Below are positions 9,195 to 17,455 of a stretch of DNA of 26,918 nucleotides, piece by piece. This stretch comes from a virus (taxonomy: Duplodnaviria > Caudoviricetes): positions 1 to 26,918 of the IMG/VR virus record IMGVR_UViG_3300049437_000159, one strand, 5' to 3'. The notes below the pieces were generated by a model. It saw only the letters and a program-made list of their open reading frames with translations. It had not been told where the DNA came from and did no database searches. Within the stretch, counting starts at the first letter, position 1, and the number at the start of each line of letters is the position of its first letter. The translations under genes and the position numbers were made by a program.

Positions 9195-10416
9195 TCTTCG
9201 CCCCCTTCCGTGCGTGGGATTTCTTCGCGCCTTTGGTTTTCGCGGCGCCCTTGCTCGATTTCTTGGCGGGTTGCTCGGGTTCGCCAGCATCGACTAAGAA
9301 CGCCACGGCCGATTGCACGCTCTGTTGCACGGGGGCCTCGGCCAGCCGCGCATAGACTTCGGTGCTGCGATGATCGCGGTGCCCGAGGCTCGCGCCAATC
9401 ACTTGCAAACTCGCGCCCAGTCGCGCTTGTACGCTGCCCAACGTGCGCCGCAAGTCATGCGGGTGAAAATCGTCCAGGCCGGCAGCGGTGATAATCCGGT
9501 CCCACGATTTTCGAGGATCTTTGATATGGCCGGCTTCGCTGTTGGACGGAAAGACGTATGGTTTGCCGTTGCGATCCTGTTGCCGAGTCTCCAAGATTGC
9601 CACGGCCGGCGGCGGCAAATAGATGATGGCCGGTTTCTTGTTTTTTGTTTTGCTGGCCGGCAGGTTCCACGCGGCTTGTTTCAGGTCTACCTCGCGCCAT
9701 TCCATCGCGGCCACGCTGCCACGACGTGCGCCGGTGAACAGGCACAGCAGCCAGAAGTCACGCCACTCCGCTGGCTCGGCCTTGACGGCAAGAAAGAATG
9801 GCCGGATTTCGTCGTCGCGCAGATAGCGTTCGCGCGATTGCTCGGGGAACCGTGCCACGCCGCTACATGGGTTCGGCCCGTCATAGCCCATCTCGTGCGC
9901 CTTGGAATAGATGGCACTCAACAGCGCCCGCGCCCGATTGGCCAGCACGGTGCCGCGCTCTTCGCCCAGCTTGGTATGCCAGGTGGCAACGTCGGCGGTC
10001 GTCACTTCGGACAGTCGGCGGTTTTTCAGACGGCCGAAGCAATAGCGCCACTTCGCCTCATCTTCCGGCCAAGAGCGCTTCGTCAACTTCGCGTGCGACA
10101 GCCAGCGATCGAACAGGTCTTGCAAGGTCCGCTGGTCGTGCCGCTGCCGCTTGGGACTGACACCAGCATCGCGGCCGGCATTCTTGGTTCGCGCCGCCTT
10201 GCGGGCATTCTCGACAGTCGTATCGGGCCAACGGCCCAGCTTGACGCGTTCGGGGCGCCCTTCAGCGCGGCCAATCCAATAGAACGTCTTGATGCCGCTG
10301 GCCAGCACACACAACGCAAGGTTCGCTTGCCCGGTGTCGTACACGTACACGTGGCCAGTCGCCGGCGGCTGGATGGCCTCGATGGTCCGCTTGGTGAAAT
10401 TGATGCGCTTGGTCAC
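9178..10416 (-). CDS. int: Tyrosine integrase (P4-like, with arm-binding domain)
   Basis: N-terminal arm-binding domain (RVKLGRWPDTTVENARK); catalytic TGARR, HDLRRT, LGH, EVY. Confidence 0.95.
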   Translation of the reverse strand: MTKRINFTKRTIEAIQPPATGHVYVYDTGQANLALCVLASGIKTFYWIGRAEGRPERVKLGRWPDTTVENARKAARTKNAGRDAGVSPKRQRHDQRTLQDLFDRWLSHAKLTKRSWPEDEAKWRYCFGRLKNRRLSEVTTADVATWHTKLGEERGTVLANRARALLSAIYSKAHEMGYDGPNPCSGVARFPEQSRERYLRDDEIRPFFLAVKAEPAEWRDFWLLCLFTGARRGSVAAMEWREVDLKQAAWNLPASKTKNKKPAIIYLPPPAVAILETRQQDRNGKPYVFPSNSEAGHIKDPRKSWDRIITAAGLDDFHPHDLRRTLGSVQARLGASLQVIGASLGHRDHRSTEVYARLAEAPVQQSVQSAVAFLVDAGEPEQPAKKSSKGAAKTKGAKKSHARKGAKNGKAK

Positions 10417-10426
10417 GTTCGGCCTC

Positions 10427-10573
10427 CATTGCTACGCATTGCTACGGGGGCGGGGGCCATTGCTACGGCCGCAATTCCGCGAGTCAAGCGTGCTGACGCC
10501 CCCGCTTGACTGGTTTCATTGCTACGCCATTGCTACGCTCTGTGTCAATTTCGGTCAATTTGGGCGTAGCAAT
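10427..10573. repeat. CATTGCTACG repeats, putative integrase arm-type sites
   Basis: Direct copies at 10427, 10437, 10458, 10517, 10528; inverted CGTAGCAAT at 10565. Confidence 0.7.
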
Positions 10574-10654
10574 AGGAAAGTCATCCTAGCGGTATTTCCC
10601 GCGAAAAACAAGCGCCGTCAACGTCAGTCCACTTGACGGCATGACCCCTGAACG

Positions 10655-10700
10655 TGACTGGGGGTCAAGAGGTCGCAGGTTCAAATCCTGTCGCCCCGAC
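10655..10700 (+). tRNA. 3' half of tRNA-Pro(GGG); att-site fragment, not an intact gene
   Basis: TGA-CTGGGGG-TCA anticodon arm, GCAGG-TTCAAAT-CCTGT T-arm, CGCCCCG-A acceptor strand; no D-arm or 5' acceptor strand upstream. Confidence 0.88.
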
Positions 10701-12180
10701 TATTCTTCAATCCGAGCCCTTTGGCCAAAACGTCGAAGGGCTTTCTCTTTATGGTGGCTAGGTTTAGGTGGTCTAGACTGCGGTTCAAATAAACCGCGTC
10801 GAGGATCTCGCGCCTGATGGCGCTGTTTGAACCGCGCCAAACATCTGCTGCGCGTTGGCTCCAATCGAACAGCGCCACTGCCGTTTCCCCGCGTGCCGGG
10901 TCGACGTTGCCCAACTGGGCCAACGACGCATCCGCTGTAGCCGCCTCGGCCTTTAGTTCGTTCGATTTGGCCTGATAGATCGCCTCTTCGACCGTGCCGG
11001 CAAGGTAGGCGTTTAGAAGGCGGTCCTGCATGGTCGCCAACTCTGTTTTGCGCCTGGCAAGTCCGGTCGCCTGTCGTCGACGATAGGCCGTCAGATCAGT
11101 CACCGCGGCCATGAGCGTTGATCGGAACCAGCACGCGACCTCGGGCGTCGGAAAACGCAACTTTGCCAGGTCATCCACGATGGCCCGCTCGAGATGCTGG
11201 GACTTCCAACGGACAATCGGGTGGTCGGGGCCCGGATGGTTGTTCGCGCAGCGATAATAGAGATGTTCGCGGACCCCGCCATCTTTGAGCTTGCGGCGGA
11301 TTCGCTCGCCTGTGATGGACTGACGACAGTACGCGCACTGAAACAGGCCTCCGGCAAGCGGATGTTCCGGCGTACCGGTGCGCCGGTTCCGACCATTGAG
11401 CACGTCCTGGCAGGCATCGAAGGTCGCACGATCGATGAGCCGCTGGTAGCGGCCTTCGAAGACCTGCCCGTTGCGGTGCAACTCGCCGATATAGAAGCGG
11501 TTTCCGAGGATGTAGGACAAGGCGCCACGATGGAAGCGTGCTTGGCTCTTGCGGAAGACGTGTCCCTCGCGATAAAGCTGCTCGCCGAGACTCTGGAAGG
11601 TATAGCCACCCGTGGCATACAGCTCAAAAATACGGACGAGCGTGCTCGATTTCTCCGGGTGCGGCTGCACTGGCTCGTCGCGCTCCTCGACGTTGATGTA
11701 ACCGAAGGGAGCCAGTCCGGTTGGCCAGCCCTGCCGAACCTTCTCGTCAATTCCCTTGAGTACTTCCGACCGCAGGTTGTCGCTGTAGTATTGGGCGACG
11801 GCGGCCATCACGTTGAACGATAAGGCTCCTGCCGCGCCGGGGCCGAACTGGTTGTCGACGAATGCCAACTGGACGCCGCAGAGATCTTCAAGTTCCTGCA
11901 ATCGCACCGCGTCCCGCATGTTGCGGCAGACACGGTCAAGCTTGTGACTGAGGATTGCCTTGATCTTTTCGCGCTTGGCGTTGGCCTTTACCCAGGCGAA
12001 CATCTCGTTGAACGCCACACGCTCTGCCCCACGCTTGGCCGATTCCGCGACGACAAACTCGCGGACGATGGTCCAGCCGTTGGCGTGGGCGCGTTCGCGG
12101 TTGACCCGAAGTTGTGCGTCGATCGAATATCCCTCGCGCTGCTCACGGGACGAAACCCGCGCCCACTGTATCACGTTCAT
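10681..12180 (-). CDS. Large serine recombinase (integrase)
   Basis: WARVSSREQ catalytic motif, KLDRVCRN, recombinase domain, CAYC...YYRC zinc ribbon, coiled coil. Confidence 0.95.
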   Translation of the reverse strand: MNVIQWARVSSREQREGYSIDAQLRVNRERAHANGWTIVREFVVAESAKRGAERVAFNEMFAWVKANAKREKIKAILSHKLDRVCRNMRDAVRLQELEDLCGVQLAFVDNQFGPGAAGALSFNVMAAVAQYYSDNLRSEVLKGIDEKVRQGWPTGLAPFGYINVEERDEPVQPHPEKSSTLVRIFELYATGGYTFQSLGEQLYREGHVFRKSQARFHRGALSYILGNRFYIGELHRNGQVFEGRYQRLIDRATFDACQDVLNGRNRRTGTPEHPLAGGLFQCAYCRQSITGERIRRKLKDGGVREHLYYRCANNHPGPDHPIVRWKSQHLERAIVDDLAKLRFPTPEVACWFRSTLMAAVTDLTAYRRRQATGLARRKTELATMQDRLLNAYLAGTVEEAIYQAKSNELKAEAATADASLAQLGNVDPARGETAVALFDWSQRAADVWRGSNSAIRREILDAVYLNRSLDHLNLATIKRKPFDVLAKGLGLKNSRGDRI

Positions 12181-12584
12181 GGTTTTTGATTCTCCTCTTC
12201 GGCGCGCATTAATATCTCAGCGAGCCGCCGGACGTTCATCAGAATCTCCACGGCTTCATCGTCGGTGATCACCCGGCCATAAGCCCTTGACCAGACACGA
12301 CGAGTATCGGCGATTCGTTCGTCCGATAGCCACTCCGTCGGTAGTGGGCGCGCGGCCGCCGGACCAGGCCCATGATGCCCGGTTTCTAGAGGAAGTCCAG
12401 CCAGTTGGCGCTCAGAAGGCACGAAAAGTTTCTCCCACAGCAACGCCCCGAAAACTGGGAGTTCCCCAACCACGTCCTCAGTCAATTCTCCGCGCCGATT
12501 AAGGACACGTCTCTGGTGAAACGTCTGCGCGACGAAACTCATATGTGGAGCATGTCGCTGATCGATTGCACATGCGTCGCGCAT
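12177..12584 (-). CDS. Small protein coupled to the recombinase (possible directionality factor); start uncertain
   Basis: ATGA overlap; helical C-terminus WLSDERIADTRRVWSRAYGRVITDDEAVEILMN. Confidence 0.55.
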   Translation of the reverse strand: MRDACAIDQRHAPHMSFVAQTFHQRRVLNRRGELTEDVVGELPVFGALLWEKLFVPSERQLAGLPLETGHHGPGPAAARPLPTEWLSDERIADTRRVWSRAYGRVITDDEAVEILMNVRRLAEILMRAEEENQKP

Positions 12585-12728
12585 GTGGGGCGCATATGGG
12601 TTTCCGGCGAAGCCTTAAATGTGCGGGTTTGCGGTCCTAGATTTGTGACGGAAGAGAACCGCCGAGCGCTCCTCCCGGTTGGCAACGATGCTGGCCGCCG
12701 ATCGTATTCTGTGCGGAGCACAAGTCGC

Positions 12729-15416
12729 ATGAGCCCGAGCGAAGACCAACAAATTGATTCCACCGATCCGGCCCATGAGGCCGCCGTCACGTTTCTTCGA
12801 ACGCTCTTCGCCGAACGAGACACCATACTTTTTCGCCCCATTGAGACTTGGGTCGAGAGCGGGAAGAAGCGCAGTCGCGTCGACTACCGCAACACTCTCT
12901 ATCGGAGGGCAGTGCCCACGCTCGTTCTGGTGACCGTGCAAAGGCTACTGAGTCTCGCTGCACAAGACCGACTCAATCTGTTCTTCGGCGTTTGCCCACG
13001 TGTAGGAGGCAAAGGGCAATTCGACCTTGCATGGCAAATTCGCACGGTGCGATGTTTGTGGAGCGACATCGACCACGTCACGGTCGACGAGGCAGGTCAG
13101 CGCGTCGATAAGGCAGGTCTGCCACGTCCTTCGATCATTGTCAATTCAGGCAACGGCGCGCACCTGTATTGGCTGCTAGATGAACCATACCTGATCGACG
13201 ACGCTGGCGAACCACCTCCGGTACTGACCGAATGGACGGAACTGCCCGGTGGCCGAAAGAAGCCCCGGAAGTTCATCGTCGAGAATGACGACCGCGTCTA
13301 CTTGGATCTGCACCGGCATGTGTCGCGGCTCAGTCCCAAGGCAGAGCACCTTCAAAACGTGCTGGCGGGCATCGCCAAGGTTATCGGCGGCGACCACACG
13401 ACCGATCTCGCGCGGCTGCTGCGCCTGCCCGGCACGTTCAACCGAAAGGACGAACGCAACGGACGCGAGCCGGTAGCGACGGCTCTAGTGGAGTGCGACC
13501 CGACAAGGCGACATCCGCTCGCCACGTTTGAGTGCTTCGAATCAGAGTCACCGGATGCAGAGCGAACGAAAAAGATCGCGGCCATGCCATTGCCCCGGCC
13601 ACGGAAGCCCTCCAGCTCGAAAGCCGACAAGCTGGCGGAACTCATCGCCGCGTGTTCCATCGCGCCCGCTGGAAGTCGGTCCGAGGCGGACTTCGCAGTC
13701 TGCTGCTACGCGATTCGCAACTCCATCGGCAAGGAGGAGGTCTGGGCCCAGGTTGTGCGAGTGGGCAAGTTCGCCGAACAAGGCCGACGCTACTTCGACG
13801 TCACCTGGGAAAATGCAGAATACGATGCTCGGGCCGCCGTTTTCGAAAAGTTGCAAAAGCGCGCCGCGCAAAAAAGTTCTGTGCCCCCAGCCGAACTAAT
13901 CGACGTCAGCGAAGACGACGGTGGCGGTAACGTACCAATTGAAGGTGCCGAAGCAGTCGGCGACGGTGACCGCGCCACGATCCTCGTGAATCCGCAGAGC
14001 ATGCCGGTAGGAGACACCCTGCATCAAATCACGGATCGCTTGCTAGCAGCCGGCAACTGTTTCTTAAGGAGCGAACAACTGGTCGTGATCCGCGAGGAGC
14101 AGATCTCCGCGATCCTATCGTCGCCGGAACTCGCGGGGCTGCTCAATCAGCATGTGGAGTTTTACTTCGTCGACGAAGAGGCGGGCGAGTACAAGCCGCT
14201 GCCAGCTGCGTACGCCAACACCTGGCTGAACCAGCATGCCGAACGAAGTCGCTTGCCGGTGATCAAGCTGTTCACACACAATCCGGTCTACACCAACGAC
14301 TGGCGGCTTGTGGCATCCGGCTACGACCCTGCCTCGGGAATTTTCTATGCAGGTCCAGCGGTCGCTCCGCGCGATGGCACGGAGTGCCTCGACACCGTAC
14401 TCAACGACTTCTGCTTCAAGTCGCCTGGCGACCGTACCAACTACATCGGCGTGCTGCTGACGGCCATTCTGATTCCGCGGTTCATAGGCTCAAAGCCGGC
14501 GGCGCTATTTAACGGCAACCAGCCGAACCTCGGTAAATCGATCCTCGCGCAGATTATCGCCCTTCTGCGGGATGGCCGCGCGGCGGAGACGGCATCGTAC
14601 AACCCGAATGACGAGGAGTTCGAAAAGCGTCTAGGCGCGATTGTGCGCAGCGGCGCGACTACCGTCATCATTGATAACGCGAAGACACAAGGACGAAATC
14701 CACGGATCGAATCGGCATGCCTTGAGCGGTCAATCTCGGATCCGATCCTGTCGTTTCGGCTATTGGGTCAGTCCGCGTCAATCCGGACAGAGAATTCCCA
14801 TATTTTCTGCATAACCGCCAACACACCAGACGTCGGCCCAGACTTGGTCACCCGCAGCGTGGTGATAAATCTCTACCACGAAGGCGACCCGAAGCGGCGA
14901 GACTTTGCGATCGCCGACATCGAGGGCTACGCCCAAGAGCATCGCCTCGAGCTGCTTGGCGAGCTGGTCGGGATGGTCGAGCGATGGAAGGCCAGCGGCA
15001 TGCCCATGGCCAAAGCGGATTCCCGATTCAACAAGCGCGGCTGGGGCAACATCGTGGGCGGTATTCTGAACGCCTGCGACGAGCCTGACTTCCTGGCCAA
15101 CGCGGAGGAGGCGGCGGCCGTGCTGGACGAAACACGCCGCGAGTTTACCGAGCTGGTCTGCGTGCTGGCAGACCACCCGCAGGGCGCATGGACGTCCGCC
15201 GAGTTGGTCGAGCTTTGCGGCCGCCAGAGCTTGTTGACCGCTGACCTCGGTGAAGGCTCACCCCGCTCGCTGGCGACAAAGATGGGCACGTTGGCCGCTC
15301 GGTTTGTCGGCGAGCGTTTCCAGGTCAACGGAACTCGCGAGGCGGTGTTCCACAGGTCAACCGGCAGAAATGGCAACGTCTATCAGGTCGCCGTCCACGA
15401 AAGTGCGGAACCTTGA
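12729..15416 (+). CDS. RepB-type AEP primase fused to a P-loop helicase-like domain
   Basis: LWSDID, IVNSGNGAHLYWLL, RLLRLPGTFNRK; GSRSEADF; NQPNLGKS, VIIDN; likely ATG at 12729. Confidence 0.85.
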   Translation: MSPSEDQQIDSTDPAHEAAVTFLRTLFAERDTILFRPIETWVESGKKRSRVDYRNTLYRRAVPTLVLVTVQRLLSLAAQDRLNLFFGVCPRVGGKGQFDLAWQIRTVRCLWSDIDHVTVDEAGQRVDKAGLPRPSIIVNSGNGAHLYWLLDEPYLIDDAGEPPPVLTEWTELPGGRKKPRKFIVENDDRVYLDLHRHVSRLSPKAEHLQNVLAGIAKVIGGDHTTDLARLLRLPGTFNRKDERNGREPVATALVECDPTRRHPLATFECFESESPDAERTKKIAAMPLPRPRKPSSSKADKLAELIAACSIAPAGSRSEADFAVCCYAIRNSIGKEEVWAQVVRVGKFAEQGRRYFDVTWENAEYDARAAVFEKLQKRAAQKSSVPPAELIDVSEDDGGGNVPIEGAEAVGDGDRATILVNPQSMPVGDTLHQITDRLLAAGNCFLRSEQLVVIREEQISAILSSPELAGLLNQHVEFYFVDEEAGEYKPLPAAYANTWLNQHAERSRLPVIKLFTHNPVYTNDWRLVASGYDPASGIFYAGPAVAPRDGTECLDTVLNDFCFKSPGDRTNYIGVLLTAILIPRFIGSKPAALFNGNQPNLGKSILAQIIALLRDGRAAETASYNPNDEEFEKRLGAIVRSGATTVIIDNAKTQGRNPRIESACLERSISDPILSFRLLGQSASIRTENSHIFCITANTPDVGPDLVTRSVVINLYHEGDPKRRDFAIADIEGYAQEHRLELLGELVGMVERWKASGMPMAKADSRFNKRGWGNIVGGILNACDEPDFLANAEEAAAVLDETRREFTELVCVLADHPQGAWTSAELVELCGRQSLLTADLGEGSPRSLATKMGTLAARFVGERFQVNGTREAVFHRSTGRNGNVYQVAVHESAEP

Positions 15417-15617
15417 AGGCTGTGCGGAACCTTGCGGAACCTTGCAAAAGTGGCAGGTTCCGCACGTTAAACCTTTGGAAACCAAACACATGCAACGATG
15501 CTGCGGAACCTGCGGAACCTTTTTGGTAACTCCACACATGTACGCGCGCGCACGCGCGCCCGCACGCGGGATTTCAACGACAGGAAATAGGTTCCGCAAG
15601 GTTCCGCAGGTTCCGCA
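15404..15617. repeat. Iteron array, putative prophage replication origin
   Basis: TGCGGAACCT at 15404, 15423, 15433, 15502, 15511; inverted AGGTTCCGCA at 15455, 15589, 15599, 15608. Confidence 0.8.
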
Positions 15618-15656
15618 CCAGCGCTTGAGATCACCATTCGGGAGGCAGCGCTAACG

Positions 15657-15854
15657 ATGGCCTGGCTGCCAATCACCGACGCGCTGCCTGGCGATGAATG
15701 CCCACGCTGCCAGCGAGGCACGCTCTTCGTTCGCAACAGTCGACCAATAGGCTCACGCTGGCAGTTGCAATACCTTTGGTGCACGCACTGTCCAGCGACG
15801 CTCAAGGCAAGGACCGATCGCCGTCACTTAGCGCGCGGGCGGAAAGTGGTGTAA
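15657..15854 (+). CDS. Zinc-ribbon protein, Ogr/Delta-like
   Basis: CPRC..GTLFVRNSR...QYLWCTHC; GGAGG upstream. Confidence 0.65.
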   Translation: MAWLPITDALPGDECPRCQRGTLFVRNSRPIGSRWQLQYLWCTHCPATLKARTDRRHLARGRKVV

Positions 15855-15927
15855 GCATGGGCGGGGACAGCGGGGTTCACTGGTACGATTACGTGAGAGG
15901 CACGCGGAGCAGAGAAGAGGCAAGTTG

Positions 15928-16422
15928 ATGCAAATCTCAAAAGGGTCACACGAACACACTGGCGCCGCGGCCAACTTCTGGAACGTCAAGGCGCAAGACT
16001 CTGAGTCATGGTGGTACGGCTCGCCAGCCACTACGGGTGAAGCGATCGCCGACTTCTTGGCGCGCGGCTTCTCGCTGGTCGTTGCGATCGATGGCGACCA
16101 ACTGATCGGCTTCGGAATTTGGAACGGCCCTGACCTGATCGGCTTCACAGCCACGAATGTCGAGGCGTTCTATCGCATGATGCGCGTCTGGTGCTTGGAG
16201 AATCCCGGCCAGCGCGGACTGTCGGTGATTCCCGCGCGAGACACAACCGAAAAGCAGTGGATGGATGCATTGGGCGTCATCGAAGTCTCTCCGCTGGGCT
16301 ACAAGCCGCTCAAGCCGGGCGACGATCAGGCGGCTCGCAAGCCGTGGACGTATCGGGCCGACGCGGATCTGGATGCCATGCTCGCCGCGCTCGATATGCA
16401 GCTCGCGGAGATGTCGCGCTAA
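15928..16422 (+). CDS. Hypothetical protein, possible GNAT-like fold
   Basis: GAGG RBS; LVVAIDGDQLIGFGIW hairpin resembles GNAT beta strands. Confidence 0.55.
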   Translation: MQISKGSHEHTGAAANFWNVKAQDSESWWYGSPATTGEAIADFLARGFSLVVAIDGDQLIGFGIWNGPDLIGFTATNVEAFYRMMRVWCLENPGQRGLSVIPARDTTEKQWMDALGVIEVSPLGYKPLKPGDDQAARKPWTYRADADLDAMLAALDMQLAEMSR

Positions 16423-17069
16423 TGCCTGTTCTTGAGCTGACACCTGATGAAAACGATCTGGCCAATCGCGATACGTACATCGCCAATGCCAGCGTGGCCA
16501 ACAACAACTTTGGCCTGGACGCTCAGCTCACGATCGGCACGCGCATTGTCGGCAAATCATCGCAGACGTTGTTCCGAGCGCTAATGCGATTCGACCTCAC
16601 GCAACTCATCGGCGCCGTTATCACGGATGCCACGCTGACCATTTCAGCCTTCGGCGGCAGCCTGTCGTTCGACGAGACATTCAGCCTTCATCGCCTCACT
16701 CGACCCGACTGGACCGAGCTCGGCGCAACGTGGAACGCCTACAACGGCGCCAACGCCTGGACAACGCCGGGCGGCGATTTTGATCCGACTCCTGCCCAGT
16801 CGTTGACCATTCCCACAGTTCAAAACCTCGTCTTCGTCAACCTTGGATCGCTTGTTGACGACGCACTTCGCCTGCGTGGTGGACTGTTCGACGTGTTGAT
16901 CAAGGGCACCGCCACTGGCGGCTCGAAGTATCTCGATTGCTATTCAGCCAGCGATTCGACGCCTGAGAACCGACCCAAGCTGGTCATCAACTACACGAAC
17001 CCGATCTGGTGCGTTGAGTCCGACGACACGCCCATGTACGCGGTCGACATCAAGGACGAGGCCTGCTGA
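16422..17069 (+). CDS. DNRLRE-domain (CBM96/disaggregatase-related) protein
   Basis: DTYI, NNNFG, RALMRFDL, ITDATL, WTELGATWN, WTTPGGDF, RPKLVINY; TAATG coupling. Confidence 0.8.
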   Translation: MPVLELTPDENDLANRDTYIANASVANNNFGLDAQLTIGTRIVGKSSQTLFRALMRFDLTQLIGAVITDATLTISAFGGSLSFDETFSLHRLTRPDWTELGATWNAYNGANAWTTPGGDFDPTPAQSLTIPTVQNLVFVNLGSLVDDALRLRGGLFDVLIKGTATGGSKYLDCYSASDSTPENRPKLVINYTNPIWCVESDDTPMYAVDIKDEAC

Positions 17070-17374
17070 TGCCCTTCAACATCTACGATCGCGGCGACCT
17101 CGTGAAAGTCTCAGCCGCGTTCACGAACAAGCAGACAGGCGAGGCGATCGACCCCGATGTCATCAACGTCAGCATCAAGACGCCTGCGGGCGTGCTGACG
17201 ACGTACACCCACACCGTCGATGCCGGCCTCGTGAAGGAAGACGTCGGTGAGTACTACACGATGGTCAACGCCAACGAGCCCGGGTTTTGGAAATACCGCT
17301 GGTGGTCAGCGGGCTTTGGGCAAACAGCTAAGGAAAAGGAATTCAAAATCCGCACGGCCGAGGCCATCGAATGA
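17069..17374 (+). CDS. Small Ig-like phage protein
   Basis: YDRGD...IDPD...KTPAG...GEYY...PGFWKYRW; TGATG coupling. Confidence 0.65.
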   Translation: MPFNIYDRGDLVKVSAAFTNKQTGEAIDPDVINVSIKTPAGVLTTYTHTVDAGLVKEDVGEYYTMVNANEPGFWKYRWWSAGFGQTAKEKEFKIRTAEAIE

Positions 17375-17455
17375 TCGTAGGTACTTTTTCGCGTTTCGCC
17401 GATGGTTTCCCACGCCCCGCTCGGCCCCCCAAGACACAGTCCGTCCGTCTGAAAT

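Larger units (their letters stand above)
1..10700 (-). mobile_element. Phage-satellite-like integrative element (PICI/cf-PICI-like); left end outside window
   Basis: Co-oriented, tightly coupled genes int-xis-primase-ori-terS-capsid-protease, ending at a tRNA 3' fragment; no terL, portal or tail genes seen. Confidence 0.75.

Noticed and set aside
9313-10509. 398-aa plus-strand ORF
   Set aside because: Antisense shadow of the integrase in GC-rich DNA; no motifs
10620-10703. Intact tRNA-Pro gene
   Set aside because: No 5' acceptor strand or D-arm upstream of 10655; only the 3' half is present
12405-12728. N-terminal extensions in the ORF track (also capsid 3265, protease 24325, DNRLRE 16191)
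   Set aside because: Downstream starts with an RBS, stop-start coupling or clearer domain boundaries fit better
15404-15617. CRISPR array (also considered for 5236-5387 and 10427-10573)
   Set aside because: Repeats are 8-10 bp, irregularly spaced and in both orientations; no cas genes
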